64,000 bases of DNA from NCBI GenBank assembly GCA_017654855.1, contig JAFMPO010000001.1, positions 682,001-746,000 of the forward strand, read 5' to 3'. Positions 11,801-24,567 of the stretch are shown here, in pieces (the stretch's first letter is position 1; each line of letters opens with the position of its first letter). Made by a program: the position numbers and the translations under genes. Below the pieces are notes generated by a model. That model did no database searches and was not told the origin of the DNA. It was given only the letters and a program-made list of their open reading frames with translations. The DNA is from Podospora anserina (lineage: Eukaryota).

Positions 11801-14800
11801 GGCTGACAGTGGCGAGGGTGGCATACTTGAGATTCTCCACCTCAAACATGATGCGGACATTGGGTGGCAGGTTGAGACGCTCACCGTTGGGCAGCGTGAG
11901 AAGCTTGTTGTCGTCGAGCACGCTGTTCAAGTTTTCAACCCACTCGGGATCGACATCGCCATCGAACAAAATCCAGTGACGCTTTGTGTCCTCACCACGC
12001 AGGTTGTCGACAATCTTGCGCAGAATACTCGTGAACAGACCATCGGTCCACTCTCTGGTAGTCGAATCGAGGTTTCCGTACAGCGCCTCCTTGGACATGA
12101 CCTTGCTGTCGATGACATGGGACACACCCTCCACATTCTCAACCTGCTGTAACGCATCCAAGAGCAGCCTCCAAGCAGAAGACTTGCCCGAACCAGCACT
12201 ACCGACCATCATGACACCGTGGTGAATGCCCTGGATTTGGTACAGCTGCAACACCTTGGTCATCCAAGTATCGTTGACAACCAGCTGCCTCTCCGCAGCC
12301 AACCGCTGAATCGCCCCCCGAAGCTTCTCCAGGCTGGCAGGAACATATTTGACACCAGGGAAGCAAGTCTCCTCAATGCCCATCATAATCTCCACATCCG
12401 ATTTGATCAGCTTGGGCGCAATGGTCTCCCGGATACTCTGCACAAGAATTTCAGGCTCAACGACCTCCTCCGAGCCTAGCTCTCCCTCCTGCGTCAAGCG
12501 AGCACGCTTCAGCCCGCCAGAACTGACAAGCACACTCTTGAGCGCACGAAGACCAAAGTCGTAATGAGCTTGCTTGGACAGCTTCTGCGAGCACTGATCG
12601 AAAAATGGAACAGTGTGCTTCGACAGCTGCTTGGCCTGGCTGAAACCCTGCGAGTACAACATGACCTCGGCAATGAGCTCCTTGTCTGGCTTGGACATGG
12701 CAACACTCCTGAACAGCTTCTTCAAGTTGTCTGGCAAGTTGGAACGACCAGCATAGCCAGGGTTCATGGTGATAAAGATACCCGTGTTGGCGTTCACCTT
12801 CAGCTGGCGACCAACGAGTTCAATCTGAGCCTTGTCGTCTTCAGCACCTTGCTTCAGACCAAGCTGGATATTCTGAATCTGCTGAGAGACGGCAGACAAA
12901 ATCCTCTCCTCCAGACGGTTGAACTCATCGAAACAACCCCAAGCGCCGACCTGGCAGATACCAAGGAAGATGCGACCCATGGCCTGGAAATCAAACGTGT
13001 CGTCACAGCAAAACACCAAGGTGAACCGACCGAGCTGGACACCGAGAGCCTTGACGGATTCTGTTTTGCCCGTACCGGCAGGACCATAAGGCGAGCCACC
13101 CAAGCGTTGGCAAAGAGCCTGGGTGAGGGTAAGGAAACATCTATCCGTGAGAGGAGTGCGGACAAGCCTCTCAGGAACACCAAGATACTCAAAGCCGTAG
13201 TTGAGCTTGGCGTTGGCCATCTTGATGTGCAGACGCTGTAAGAAGTCTCCCTCAGGTGTGTACACATACCGCATCTGAAGAAGCCACAGGTAGTGTGTGT
13301 TGGAGCTGGCGTTGACCTTGATTAACCTCTCAATGACATCCCGCTGGTGAACACACTCGGTGATAAGCTGCTCGCATGTCTTCCTCAGCAGCACCTCCAG
13401 ATCGCCCAGGACCGTATCAGCAAGCAGGCGAAGAACTTGGACCTCACGCTCAAAGAGCGCTGGCAGACTCTGGCCGCCCTCAGCAAGCGCCTGCTCAACC
13501 GCAGTAGTCCAGACAGCCTGAGTGGCAAGCACAACAATCTGACTGGGATACGCCGTCATGAACTTGTTGAGCGCCTCCCGGTTGATCTCACCGCTGTTGA
13601 AGATAGGAGTGAAGTCCTCGACAGCCTCAGCCAACAGCTCAGCAAGCGTAGCCTTCATGCCATTCTCCAACAAGGCCAACCAATCATTGATCTTGGGCGT
13701 CTTGACAAGGTTAATCTCCTTCTTGAGACGAACCACCTCTCCTTCTTTTGATGTGAAGCCAGTGATAACACCTTCCTCCTCCATAGTCAGACCGTTAAGA
13801 CCAGCAAACATCTTCTTGAAGTGCTTGGCAATGCGCATGGTGTCATTGCTATTACCGATCATCTCCAGCAAGTCTTCGTCACCAACAAAGTAAAAGCGCG
13901 GGAATGAGACACGCTCCTTCTCGAGGTACTCACCAAGCGCCTTCTGAATCTTGTTGAGCAGCTCAGCCAGACGCTCGAGAGACTTTTGCACATTGGGAAT
14001 GTTGAGAACATCCAACACATTGGGCTGCTTGTACACCTTCTTCATCACAGCCGAGAACTCGCTGTTGATGTTCTGGAAGCGAGAAGACTCGATGGGGAGC
14101 AGGTGCTTGATATCGGCATTGCCGGTGAACACACCCTCGAGGTACACCCACTGGCGCTGCACGTCAATCCAGACGTCAAACAAAACGTGCACACGGTTCA
14201 GCTTGTCCTCCCAAGCAGTGGCCTCCTCCTCGAACTCCTTGTAATAAGGTGAATGCCTCATGGCCTGCAGCGAATTGAGATTCTCACTGCATTTAGCAAA
14301 CAAATCATCCCAGCCACGGATGAGACGGCACTTGTTCTGGTAATTGACGAGCTCGAGTCCGTAGCCAGTCCAGGTCTCGCGGACTTGCTTCAAGAACTCC
14401 TCCAGCGCCATTTCTCCCTGCGCCTGGATAATGATGTCCTTGACGATGACCTCGGTCGCCACAAGGTTGAGGTCCCACACGTCACCCAGCGTCATTGAGA
14501 CAGGCGAGTACCGCTTGCCAGGCTTGATCTGCTTGTAGATTTTGATCCAGTGTCTGTCACGAACAGCTTCCGACTTGAGCTCAGCCAGCATGGGGTTGAC
14601 CTTCATGAACTGACGGAGGATGTTCTGAATGTGCTCGAAAGCGGCATACTGGCGCATCCTGCTGGGCATATCCTTGGTCATCTTGATCAAGTTGTCGATA
14701 GAGGACCGGATCTTTCTTGGCTGGACGCTGTTCCACAGAATCTCGCGCAGCTCATTAAGGTTCTTCCAGATGGTGGAGAGTGACGCCCAGACAGACTTGA

Positions 14801-17800
14801 AGTCCTGAACTTCTTCAAGAATCACGCCGAGAGACGTGTCAGGAGTGGCGGGCAGGTCGAGAGCCTCCTTGGCCTTCGAAACCATGGCCGAGTCATCCTG
14901 CAGCTTGGTGATACGAGTTTCAAAGGTGCTGAGGGTAGCAGAAGCAACATCGGGGGCAATGGTACCCGAGACAGGCTTCTCTTCGTTCCACTGAACGGCA
15001 ACCTCGTTGATCTTGTCGATAACCACCTTGTCCTCGGCAATGATCTTGGCACGGAGCGCGTCGGTCTGGTCTTGCACAATCTTGGACTTGCGGGCGAGCA
15101 ACTCATTGAGCATATCCCACATGCCATCCACTTGCTCAGCATGCAGCCAGTCATTAGGGAACTGATAGCGCTGGCGCACGAGGGTTGACTCTCCCTGCCT
15201 GAAGGTCTCCACCTCAGGCGCCCAGAGCTTCACCTGGCGCTTGCAGGTTTGGACAATGGTGATGAACTGCACAGCCTCGGCCGTGGAGTTGGCCGCCATA
15301 GCCTGGCCCTCGAGGTCCTTACGAGCCTTCTCAATCTCGGCGTGAACCTCGCGCATGCGAGTGCCGAGCCGGCTGGCAAACTTCATGAGAATGTCATGCT
15401 GCCATTGGTCGTACTTCGCATTGACCTTCGTCTGAACTTGGTCATAGTCGATGGTGATGTGGCCAAAGGAACGGCTGACCTCGGTGGTGTCAAAGGTCTG
15501 GCGCGTCTTTCTGATTTCTTGGAGAAGCTGAAGCCATCTCGACAGTTGGTCGCCGAGAACATCATACACATGCTCCGACTGGAGATCCCACAAAGACTGG
15601 AATTGCAGCCATTTGTCGACATAGGCGCCAATCTCACGAATCTTTTTCTCGACTGACGTCTGCACACGCAAGAGAGCATCCGTGCACTCACTAGGCAGGT
15701 CGTCAAAGCGCGCTTCGTCCTCTACCGTCGTGCTGATGGTCATCTGGTACCGGGTGGCCTTGATCTTCTTCAGGTTGCAAATGACACCGATCCACTCTTG
15801 CAACTGGGAAAACCAGCTTGCTCTGGCAAACTCAAGAGGCGGGTCCAGATAGATGACTTGGTTCCGCATGGTGATTTCGTGAATGAGCTTCTTGATGACA
15901 GGAACATCAGTCTTGGGGGCGTTGACAGTCTCGAGTGTTCTCTTCCGATCACTCCTGTCCTCCAAGTACTCGTCCTCAAAGGCCTCAATCCAAGCCTGAA
16001 CAGCATGCTGAAGACGGGCGAGAAGGATGGCCTTGATTTGCTTGTTCATGCGATCCACCCAGAAGCCAAGGTTAACATACTGCTCCAAGTTGAGTGTATC
16101 AACGGCTGTCTGAATGGCAGTCAGCCGGCCCTCAAATTCCTTGACTTCATAAGGGCACTTCTCCAGTTCCGCAAGCGCTTTTTCCACCGATCCATGAATG
16201 TTGGCCAGCTGAAGTGTCTTGGTCTGGAGGAGGGATACTGCTAGGGCGAAATCCTTGACAAACTTGACATGCTTGCTCTCTCCGTTCTTGGTGTAATTGC
16301 TGTCAATGGCACTCTGCGCGTGGTTCTTAAAATGCACTTCGTACGTATTGACAAACGATTCCCACCTCAGAGAGATTCCCTTGGCGATCAAGAGATACAC
16401 CCCTTCGCGGTAACCGCTGAGCAGCACCGAAACCTCAGACATGTCATTGATCTGGCGGTTGGTCTGCGCAAACGTCCTAACGCTTTCCATGAGACTGACA
16501 GCATAGGGATACACTCGCTTGGCCTCCTTTGCGACATTGTTGACTGAGTGGGGAACTGGGAAGCTGAGCCAGACCAAGTTCCTAGTCTCCTTGAAGAGGG
16601 CGATGACTTGAGCGTCGAAATTGACTGCGAGCTCCAGCACATTTCCGGCGGAGCGGATCCTGTTAATGTTGAACAAGAGACCCGAGATCGTGATCTGCTT
16701 CCGCTGCACATCATGCAACCAGGCCTCGAAGATAGGCCGAGTATCGAGCTTCTTGCGGAACAAATCACCTTCGGCTTGGAGTCTTTGACCCTCGGCATGC
16801 ATAGCCCAATCAGCACCGAGAACATCCTCCACCTTCTTCATGTATGTGTCAAGCTGCCGCTCAATCTGCCGAGCCCAAATGATGGCTCCGGAAACAGGAG
16901 GAAGATCGTGAAGCTGGGCCATGGCGTGTGCCTCTGAGTGACCATACTGCTGCTTGAACCGCTCGTGCAAGGCGGTGATGGCCTGTTTGACATTGTCGAT
17001 AAGCTGGGTCTGATACTCGGCGATAGCACCGCGAATCTTGGGGCGCACAAAAAGGGCGTTGAACTTGGAAAAGACACGGAACATCTCGTTGGCATTCTTC
17101 GCAGTCGCCAACCGGTCGCGAAGACGGGCGATGATGGAGTTTTCGACGCGGGACGTTCGCTCATTGTACGTGTTCTCGGCGCGAGCCCACTTGGCCGTTC
17201 CCTCAGGAGTGACATCAAGCAAGTCAACGTCTTTCAAGCCCTCCCAGGCTTGCTTCACCTCCTCAACGGCGTCAACGTCACCAATCTCCTCCACCACGAC
17301 CGTGCCGTTGGCACCCTCTGAGACACCATTCACATCGGTCTTGGGCCCAAGAACATTGACAATAGTCCGCTGCAGCTGCTCGTGGTTGGCACGGAACGTG
17401 GCGACATATTTAAGACGAGCCTGCAGGTCGCCGTGCCTAGGGTTGATCTTGATGGGAATAAACCTCTCGTTTCGACGACGTGTAACATCACGAGCCACGT
17501 TGGTGAATTCCTTGATGCTGTCATCCCAGACTCTGAAGATGGAATCGGCCTGCTTGATAACCCGGCTGAACTCCTGGTAGTCGAGCTTGACAAGCTCCAG
17601 GCCTGGCAACAGGCGGTGGAGAGCCTCGTCCAAATCGGCCGAGATAGCCCCGACAAGCGGAAGGGCGCGATGAATTGGGTAGGGACAGATCCTAAGCTTC
17701 TTGTTCAAGTGAGCAAAAATTTGGCCAACCGAATCTTCCACTTTCTGGAGGGTGGTAGCAGAGAGCAGTTCATCAAGGGGAAAGTCCCGCATGAGCTGAT

Positions 17801-18968
17801 TGTACTTTTGCACCTTTTCCATCGCCTCTTTCAAGCCAGTGTCTGCGGTAAAACTGACTGTAGCCTGGAAACGTTTCGCATGCTTGAGAACCTCAAGGGT
17901 AAGCGTGACACCTTCACTCCTAAGCTGGCTTTCGATGCCTTCCAATGCTGATTCCATGGAAAGCCAAAAGTTGATCTCCTGGTTAGCCGGGCCTGTGTTC
18001 GGGTCCCTCGTCATCTTAGTGATAACCTGGATCGACTTGATCCAGCTGTTTACCGTGGCCTGGAGATTGTTGAGAAAACCGCTGTCTGTGAGGAATTGCG
18101 CAGGAATCAGATCAATAGTAGGTTTCGTCTGCTTTTCTCTTGCCTGGTCGAGTGCGGCCTGCACAACAGGGTGGAAGGGCAGAGAAACCTCGGGGATCTC
18201 AACATTTTGCTGCAGATGGGACAAGCTGAGCTCGAGCTCGGTCCAGCGCTTCTTGGTGACAGGAATGCCAGTCTTTGCGTCTGCATCTGCGCGGCCTCTT
18301 CCAGTGCTGGCCGCCTGCTGCCGGCTCTTGGTGCTCGCATCAAAATATGGCGCCAGACCGTTATGAAGATAAAGTTGAAGAACCTCGTACGGGGAAGTGA
18401 TGGAGCCCTGGTCACCAGCGTTCACCGCCGTGTAGGCTGGGCCGGGAAGGTTGAGCATCTGGATTTGGGAGGTCAAGGGGATGGATGCGTCCAGAGGCTG
18501 TGCACGCTTCAGGATCACAAGAAAACCGACGGTGGTCGAGGTTGCAGACGAGGACATATCAGACGTAAGACTGTAGACATGCGTAGGTCCATCTGCACCG
18601 CTGTTAATCCTGGATTTTCGTGCCTCTTTCACCAAATCGATGTTCTGACCTTCAGAAATGACACTAACATCTTCCTCGATGAGGTCCTCCTCGATAGGCT
18701 CCAACTCGACAATGTCCTTTTGAATGGTAAGGGCGACTTGTGTGTCCAAGGCCCATCGAGAGCATCGTTGCCAAGTATCCTGATACCGGGTTCCAGATAG
18801 CAAACTGCCGGGGGATTCAAGCTCCAGTCGAGTTGCGCCGAGCGTAGCTTGCAACAGTACAGCAATATGATCGATGACCCGGGCTACATCGACAGAGGCA
18901 AAGGGCGTACCGCCGACGCCGTTCGAGGGGCCCGGGCTCGTGGCCGGGGGAGGCGTTGCCGCTTCCAT
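5801..18968 (-). CDS. DYN1: Cytoplasmic dynein heavy chain (ro-1/nudA/DYN1 ortholog), ~4350 aa; intron 6251-6308, probable in-frame intron 18593-18649
   Basis: 4247-aa ORF with four AAA P-loops ([32 protein letters not shown]), the FPRFYF linker and a stalk coiled coil. A GTAAGT..GCTAAC..TAG intron joins a last exon ([27 protein letters not shown]). Confidence 0.99.
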
Positions 18969-20441
18969 GTTTGTGTGGTAATTTTGATTTCCCCTCTTTT
19001 CGTTCGCGAAGCAAAGAGCGGGAGTTGGGTTGGAGGTAGTATTGGATTTGTTGACTTATGAAAAAGCCGATCTCATCGTTCGTTTTCTCGGACGTCTTTC
19101 AGTTCGGGGCCGCGGGGGGGACAAATTACAAGCGTAAACGAAGCAATCGTGACTGGATGTGATCGGTGTGGCTTCCTGCAACAAAAAAAAGTAATCTTGG
19201 TGCAAACAAAATGCACAAACCGAGAAGAGAAGGCGGGAAAAAAGAGCGAAGGCCGTGATGGGGTATCTCAGGTTGCGGATGATGGATGATTATTATCGCG
19301 AGCCTCCTCTGTCAGAGAAGATGATGTTGTGGCAAGGAGGTAGTCGTCGAGAATGGAGCATCTCTGAAAGGGAAGCTCGCTCCAGGGCCTGGTGTTTCCT
19401 CATCCACAACTCGACCCAATGATTGCCCGTTTGACGCGACTTCCCCGAATCCCTGTCGCGGAATGAGCATGGGGGCATGTGTCAGGGGCCCTGGATCCCT
19501 ATGCGGTGGCTTGCGCCCTGATTGGCCAACCCCTCATGCTGCGCGCTGCAGAAGCAACACCCACGCAACTGTCCCGCCGCCGACAAGGCCTGGCAGCTGT
19601 CGTTCGGCATTGAAAGTGCACACAGCTTTGTGGCATGTATCACTGGAATTAGAATGAAATGCGAGAGAAGAACGCTTCAGATTCATATAAGCAAACCATA
19701 TACCGAGACAGATTCCCTCCCCGCAACACAAGTAGAAATCTACTACAAACACAACTTGATGTCCACATCAAAGTGTCACCTACTTGCCAGCACTGTATTC
19801 TCGGTACATGTACATCTACCCATCTACCTATGAAATCGAGTCTCTTGCAAAAGTATTTGATCTGCAGCTTTACCGTCAGATGGCTCCCATCATCAGAGAA
19901 GCCCGAACGGTTTTACATGGGAATCAACACACAAGGGAGACACTCCCACTTAGGGGTAGGTATCCGGTTGCTATTTACACCCCCTTTGTGAAGGTGGTGT
20001 GACGTCTGGAAGTACACACATATCAAGTGTCATAGAGAAGCAGCACATCCTCAAGTGTCAAAAAATGTCGTTTTATCCCGAGAACCGAAAACACCATTCT
20101 TTCCCCTCCACTTCGAGATCCCCATAACAACTATGCGCCAGCTGAAAAGTAAGTCACACCATAATAAATGCCCTCATACGTAAATCCCAGCACACAGGCC
20201 GGACTATGAATCCATCCGTCCATCCCATCTCATCCCTCATCAATCCCATTTCAACTCCACACCTGGACGCCTCATGCTTTGTTCGTGAAAAGCCGTTTCC
20301 CAAAACCATGCCCATGCCTTATGACCGACCAACCGCTCATGCTCGCCACATAACGTTCATTTTTTTTTCTCAAAAGAAACAATAAAAAAGGCTGGAAAAT
20401 ATGCTGACCCAGAGCAAAACGCCTTGACCGTCTCCAAAAAC

Positions 20442-21729
20442 TCAGGAAGTTGCCGCACCAGCTGCACGACTAGCATCATCCTTGCTCGAAAGGCTGACCA
20501 TGACACGCTGGTTGCAGATATCAATGAACTGCTCAAACTTCTCAATGATCTTGTCCTTTTCCCGCAACTTGTTCTTTAATTCTTCGATCTCCTTCCTGTT
20601 TTCTTCAGCCATCTTCTCGTAATCTTCTTTCGTCTTGGCCAATTCGCGGCGGAGATCGGCCCTGATTCTTTCCTCTGCCGACGGATGAGGTTTGCTGTAG
20701 ATGGTCGGCCTGTTCTCGGCTAATCCGGTTGCGACCTTTTCAGGATGTCGGTTGATGGCGGCCCTGGCATTGTATATATCGCGAGGAAGAAGAGGGACAT
20801 GGGGGTTGTGCTGCTGAAGGATCTCCAGCGTTTGCGTGACACCTACCCCTGAGGGTCGAGTCAGTGGACGAACAGGTAAACCCAAGGGAGGAGATGATAC
20901 ATACCGCTCTCTTTCAGATTTTTGATATCTTCAACCATCTTGCTATCCAGCTTCCTAGCTGCCGGGTGCAGCAGTGGGCTCTCACTCGGACCATGGTTAT
21001 GCTGCAGGTGAGCGGGATCTGGGCGGTAACGCACCGTCCACTGGGTTCTCTGCTCGATGGCAAAGAATCCGAACTGGCAATCACATTTCCGGGATGTGGT
21101 CTTGCGCTTTCGAAGTTCAGGACTCACGCGTTTTGGGGGTTTGCCGGCACGATCACAGACAAAAAGAACCTTTTTGAGGCCGGGAACCGTCTTCTTGGAC
21201 CGTCCGATGACAATGGCATAGCCAACAGACGTGCAGTAGGTTAAAACATGCTTGTGGACAGCCTCCAGAGTCGGGAAACTACCACCTTCGGGAGGGGCAG
21301 ACATCATTGGCCCCATTGGTTGACGCGGCACGAACGGGGTGCCCTCGATCAGCTTGGGCTCCATTGACGTGTCACCCTCTCCTTCTTCCTGGCTTCCCAT
21401 CTCCATTTCTTCATCCTGATTTCCTTGTACCGGCTCGGCAGACTCGGGCTGCGGAGGCGTTGGTTGTTGTTGGACAGGCTGAACCTGCTGGACTTTTTGC
21501 ACCTGTGGCACCTGCACCTGGGCAATCTGCGGCAGGGAGGTGGGAAGGGCCGGGTGGGGCGGAGGCTGGGGAGTAGACTGCTGAGAGTGCGATATGATCG
21601 GGTTGCCGTTTTGCTGGGTGGGCTGCACCGACTGCACACTCTGCACCGGCTGGGCCAGAGACTGGTGGCTGAGAGACTGGGTCATGGATTGTGCCATTGG
21701 AGGCTGGCTCAGGGGAGGTTGGCTCAAGG

Positions 21730-21760
<31 letters not shown>

Positions 21761-22306
21761 AATCTGTTGACTGATAGACTGGGGAGTAAGAGACTGTGAG
21801 CTCAACGATGGTTGACCGAGAGTCTGCTGGCTCAAGGGTTGCTGGGACAGGCTGGGCTGGCTCAGAGATTGATGGCTCAGCGACTGCTGGCTGAGCTGCT
21901 GTGGGTTCATGGGCTGGTTGTTTATGCTCTGGGAAGTCATCGGCTGCTGGGCCATGGGCTGGTGATTCATGGCCTGCTGTAGGTAGCTCGGGGCGGGTTG
22001 CATCTGTCTCGAAGGAGGGCCTCGCTGGCGTGGTCCGGGCAGCGTGGGCGGCACCTGCGAGGGCTGTCGTGCGGCATTTTGGACCGTTTGTTGACTGTTG
22101 ACGGCGGGAGGAGTGTATGGGTAGACAGAGTACTGGCTCGACGGCGCCGGCTGAGGCTGGTAAGCTTGAGACTGATACGGGGACGCGTGCTGCGGGAGCG
22201 ATGGCGATGGCTTGTTGGGTGGGTTGTGTGGATGCGGTGGCGGAAAGGCTCGCCTGATGTTACCGACGTTGTAGGATAGTCCGGGGTGACTATTTGTGGT
22301 GGACAT
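20442..22306 (-). CDS. Gln/Pro-rich protein with MULE-transposase-derived FAR1/WRKY-GCM1-type Zn DNA-binding domain; exons 22306-20905, 20848-20442 (~602 aa)
   Basis: Motif F.TLEA..K....Y....GYAIVIGRSK...K..FVCDRAG.....RKTTSRKCDCQF......W.V......HNH, followed by ..PRDIYNAR. The phase-1 intron GTATGT..CTGAC..CAG joins the two ORFs. C-terminal coiled coil present; no DDE domain. Confidence 0.85.
21652..21979 (-). repeat. Degenerate 15-bp coding minisatellite (Q-x-L/M-S-Q pentapeptides) plus poly-Gln
   Basis: Translation QPMAQ QPMTS QSINN QPMNP QQLSQ QSLSH QSLSQ PSLSQ QPLSQ QTLGQ PSLSS QSLTP QSISQ, then a Q run and further QPLSQ-type units. Confidence 0.85.
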
Positions 22307-23868
22307 GTTATCTAGAAGGAAGCCAGAAGCTCGAACAAGGAAAAAAAAAGTAAACTTTGGTATGCTGGGTCTCGACCCTCTCTGGCATCCCGTCACCAAA
22401 TCGTGGGCGGGCGTGTACCGAGTAGGGAGGTGTGGGCAACTGGGGATGGATGGAGAAAGAGAGAGTATGGGGGAGGGTGTAAAAACCTCGCGACCGGGTG
22501 GTAGCAGAACCCGCAGAACCCATCCCTCTGGGGCACTGTCTGGGTTCTGCCCTGGCACTGTGGGAGCAACCTGTTTGTCTGGCACTGCCTGGCCAATCAA
22601 GGCCTCCAAAAGCTAGGCAGTGTCCCACAATAGGCAGGGATGTCCAAAAAAAGGCTTCTCCACCAACAGGTGTCATGTAAGACCGCTGCACCCAATCCCA
22701 GAGCTAGAAACCGCGGGGCAGCGCAATACATGCACACCAGACAGTTGAATTTTGGGCTTGTACGTCTTTGAGTCATGAGAAATCGAGGTGATACAAGCCA
22801 TGATCAGGTACGGGAAGCTACAAAAAAGTTCAGTCTTTCTAAAGCCTCTTTGAAAGTCGGTTCGGCCCCGAGATACTAGGTTCGAACGTTTGGCGCGTGC
22901 GGGTGGGGGAGTGCCGGTGGTGGGGTTTCGAAAAGACACACCCCAGGGTAGGTGTGGTACACCACGCAGATCTGCTTTCTTCTCACCACCCAAGTCGGAC
23001 GACAAGCTCAAATGGTACTACCTCCATCTGCTGGTAGAGTCCGAAGATCAGTTGGGTTTATAGAGAGGCAATTCTTTCATGAATTTCTTCAACGTGGAAT
23101 GAGATGGTCACTTTCAACCCGAACCATTCCCTACTTTGACTTTGGCCCAATTGTCATCTGGGGCAAGCCCCAAGCCCGGTGCCACCAAGAGAACGACTTG
23201 CCTCGTAATTGATAAAGAGACATGTACCTGTCAACTTTATTTGCTCTTCGGACAGCTGTCGAGGTCCAGACCATCATCCTATGACCTCTTAATCCCCTGC
23301 CTTGATCATCTTTCCTTCTTCCCAGCCTACAAGCAATCATCTCATCCACAAACTCGGATTACAAACTCATATCCCGATATCGGTATATATATTTGACAAC
23401 GTGGCACGGCTCTGTTAGTACCCTCGTTGCAGCTAGTGGTTTCAACCTTGCACTATAGGTAAGCGAAGACATCGGGGATGGCCATGGTCCATGTCGGACC
23501 TGGTGAGAGCTTCATTTGGTTCTGATGACCGAATGGGAATTCCCAGCAGGTATACACAAATTATTGTCCTCGATACAATGATATCAGTCACATGATCCTT
23601 GAATTTGCCACTTTTGCACACTGCCTCTCGTACTCTTCGCTATGCTAAAACTGTTCACGCCTCTCGCCCTGCTGTGCTTGCTTTGCTGCCAGGACACTCG
23701 TCCACGCTGTCCCTCACTGCTGATCCGAAAATGCATCCCCGTCGCAGACGCGGCAGCTGCTGTCCGTCTCCCGTTTCTGCTGGGATTTTGTCATAATCAT
23801 GCTTTTGTTGGTCGTTAGTTTTGCCGAAAGCGACTTCCTCACTCTGATTTTCACCTTCCAGCTCTTCC

Positions 23869-24535
23869 TCACATGTATTCAGCCGACCCTAACGACCAAA
23901 AATGTTCTCCCCCTACCACATCCACCCCTATTTCCCCTTCTACCCCATAATCCTCCCTAGCACTACTACCACCACCAAACCAACTCCCGAAATCCAACTT
24001 CATCAACAACCTATCCAACCCCCCAACTCTCCGGGGTACATATTCCCCCTTCTCCCTCATAACCATCTCCATCTCCTCCCCTCCCTCCCCAAGAACCACA
24101 TCCTCATGATCATGCCTCCCCTCGAGCCGCCTCAGCTCCCCAACCAACCCCTCGATTCCCTTTTTGACCTTCATTTCCACCTCCCTCAACACCTCCTGAA
24201 CATCTCTCTCCTCCTTGGCCAAATCAACAAACGCATCAACAACACCCACATCGGCTTCCAAATCGGCGGCTTGCCACACCTGATGAAGACGGTTGACGCA
24301 AGCGACAAGCTGGTCGATCTGGACAAGCAATTCATAAAGGGGATCGGTGAATGTAGGCCGCGAGAGCAACAGCAGCGAGACAAGCGTGCGGAGGTAGAGT
24401 CTATGGGCATGCGACAGTGTCTCTGGGTCGTGAAGACCCAAAAAGGAAGAAGCATTCGGTGGTGGGGAAGACGTATTTGACTCATTAAGCCAGATGTCGT
24501 CGTCGTTGGCTTCTTGTTCTTCGTTGTTGTTGTTT

Positions 24536-24567
<32 letters not shown>

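Noticed and set aside
6319-18800. Many 100-300 aa ORFs antisense or out of frame to dynein (similarly in HOS3, BBC1, GCP4, SPO7)
   Set aside because: Expected shadows of strong codon bias in long GC-rich CDSs; no recognisable domains.
22307-22609. 101-codon in-frame TTG-started extension of the FAR1-like ORF
   Set aside because: It runs through promoter-like and poly-T/pyrimidine sequence, is not protein-like, and contains out-of-frame ATGs.
23460-23560. Faint resemblance to a dispersed 5S rRNA 3' half
   Set aside because: No match to the conserved 5S 5' end or internal control region.
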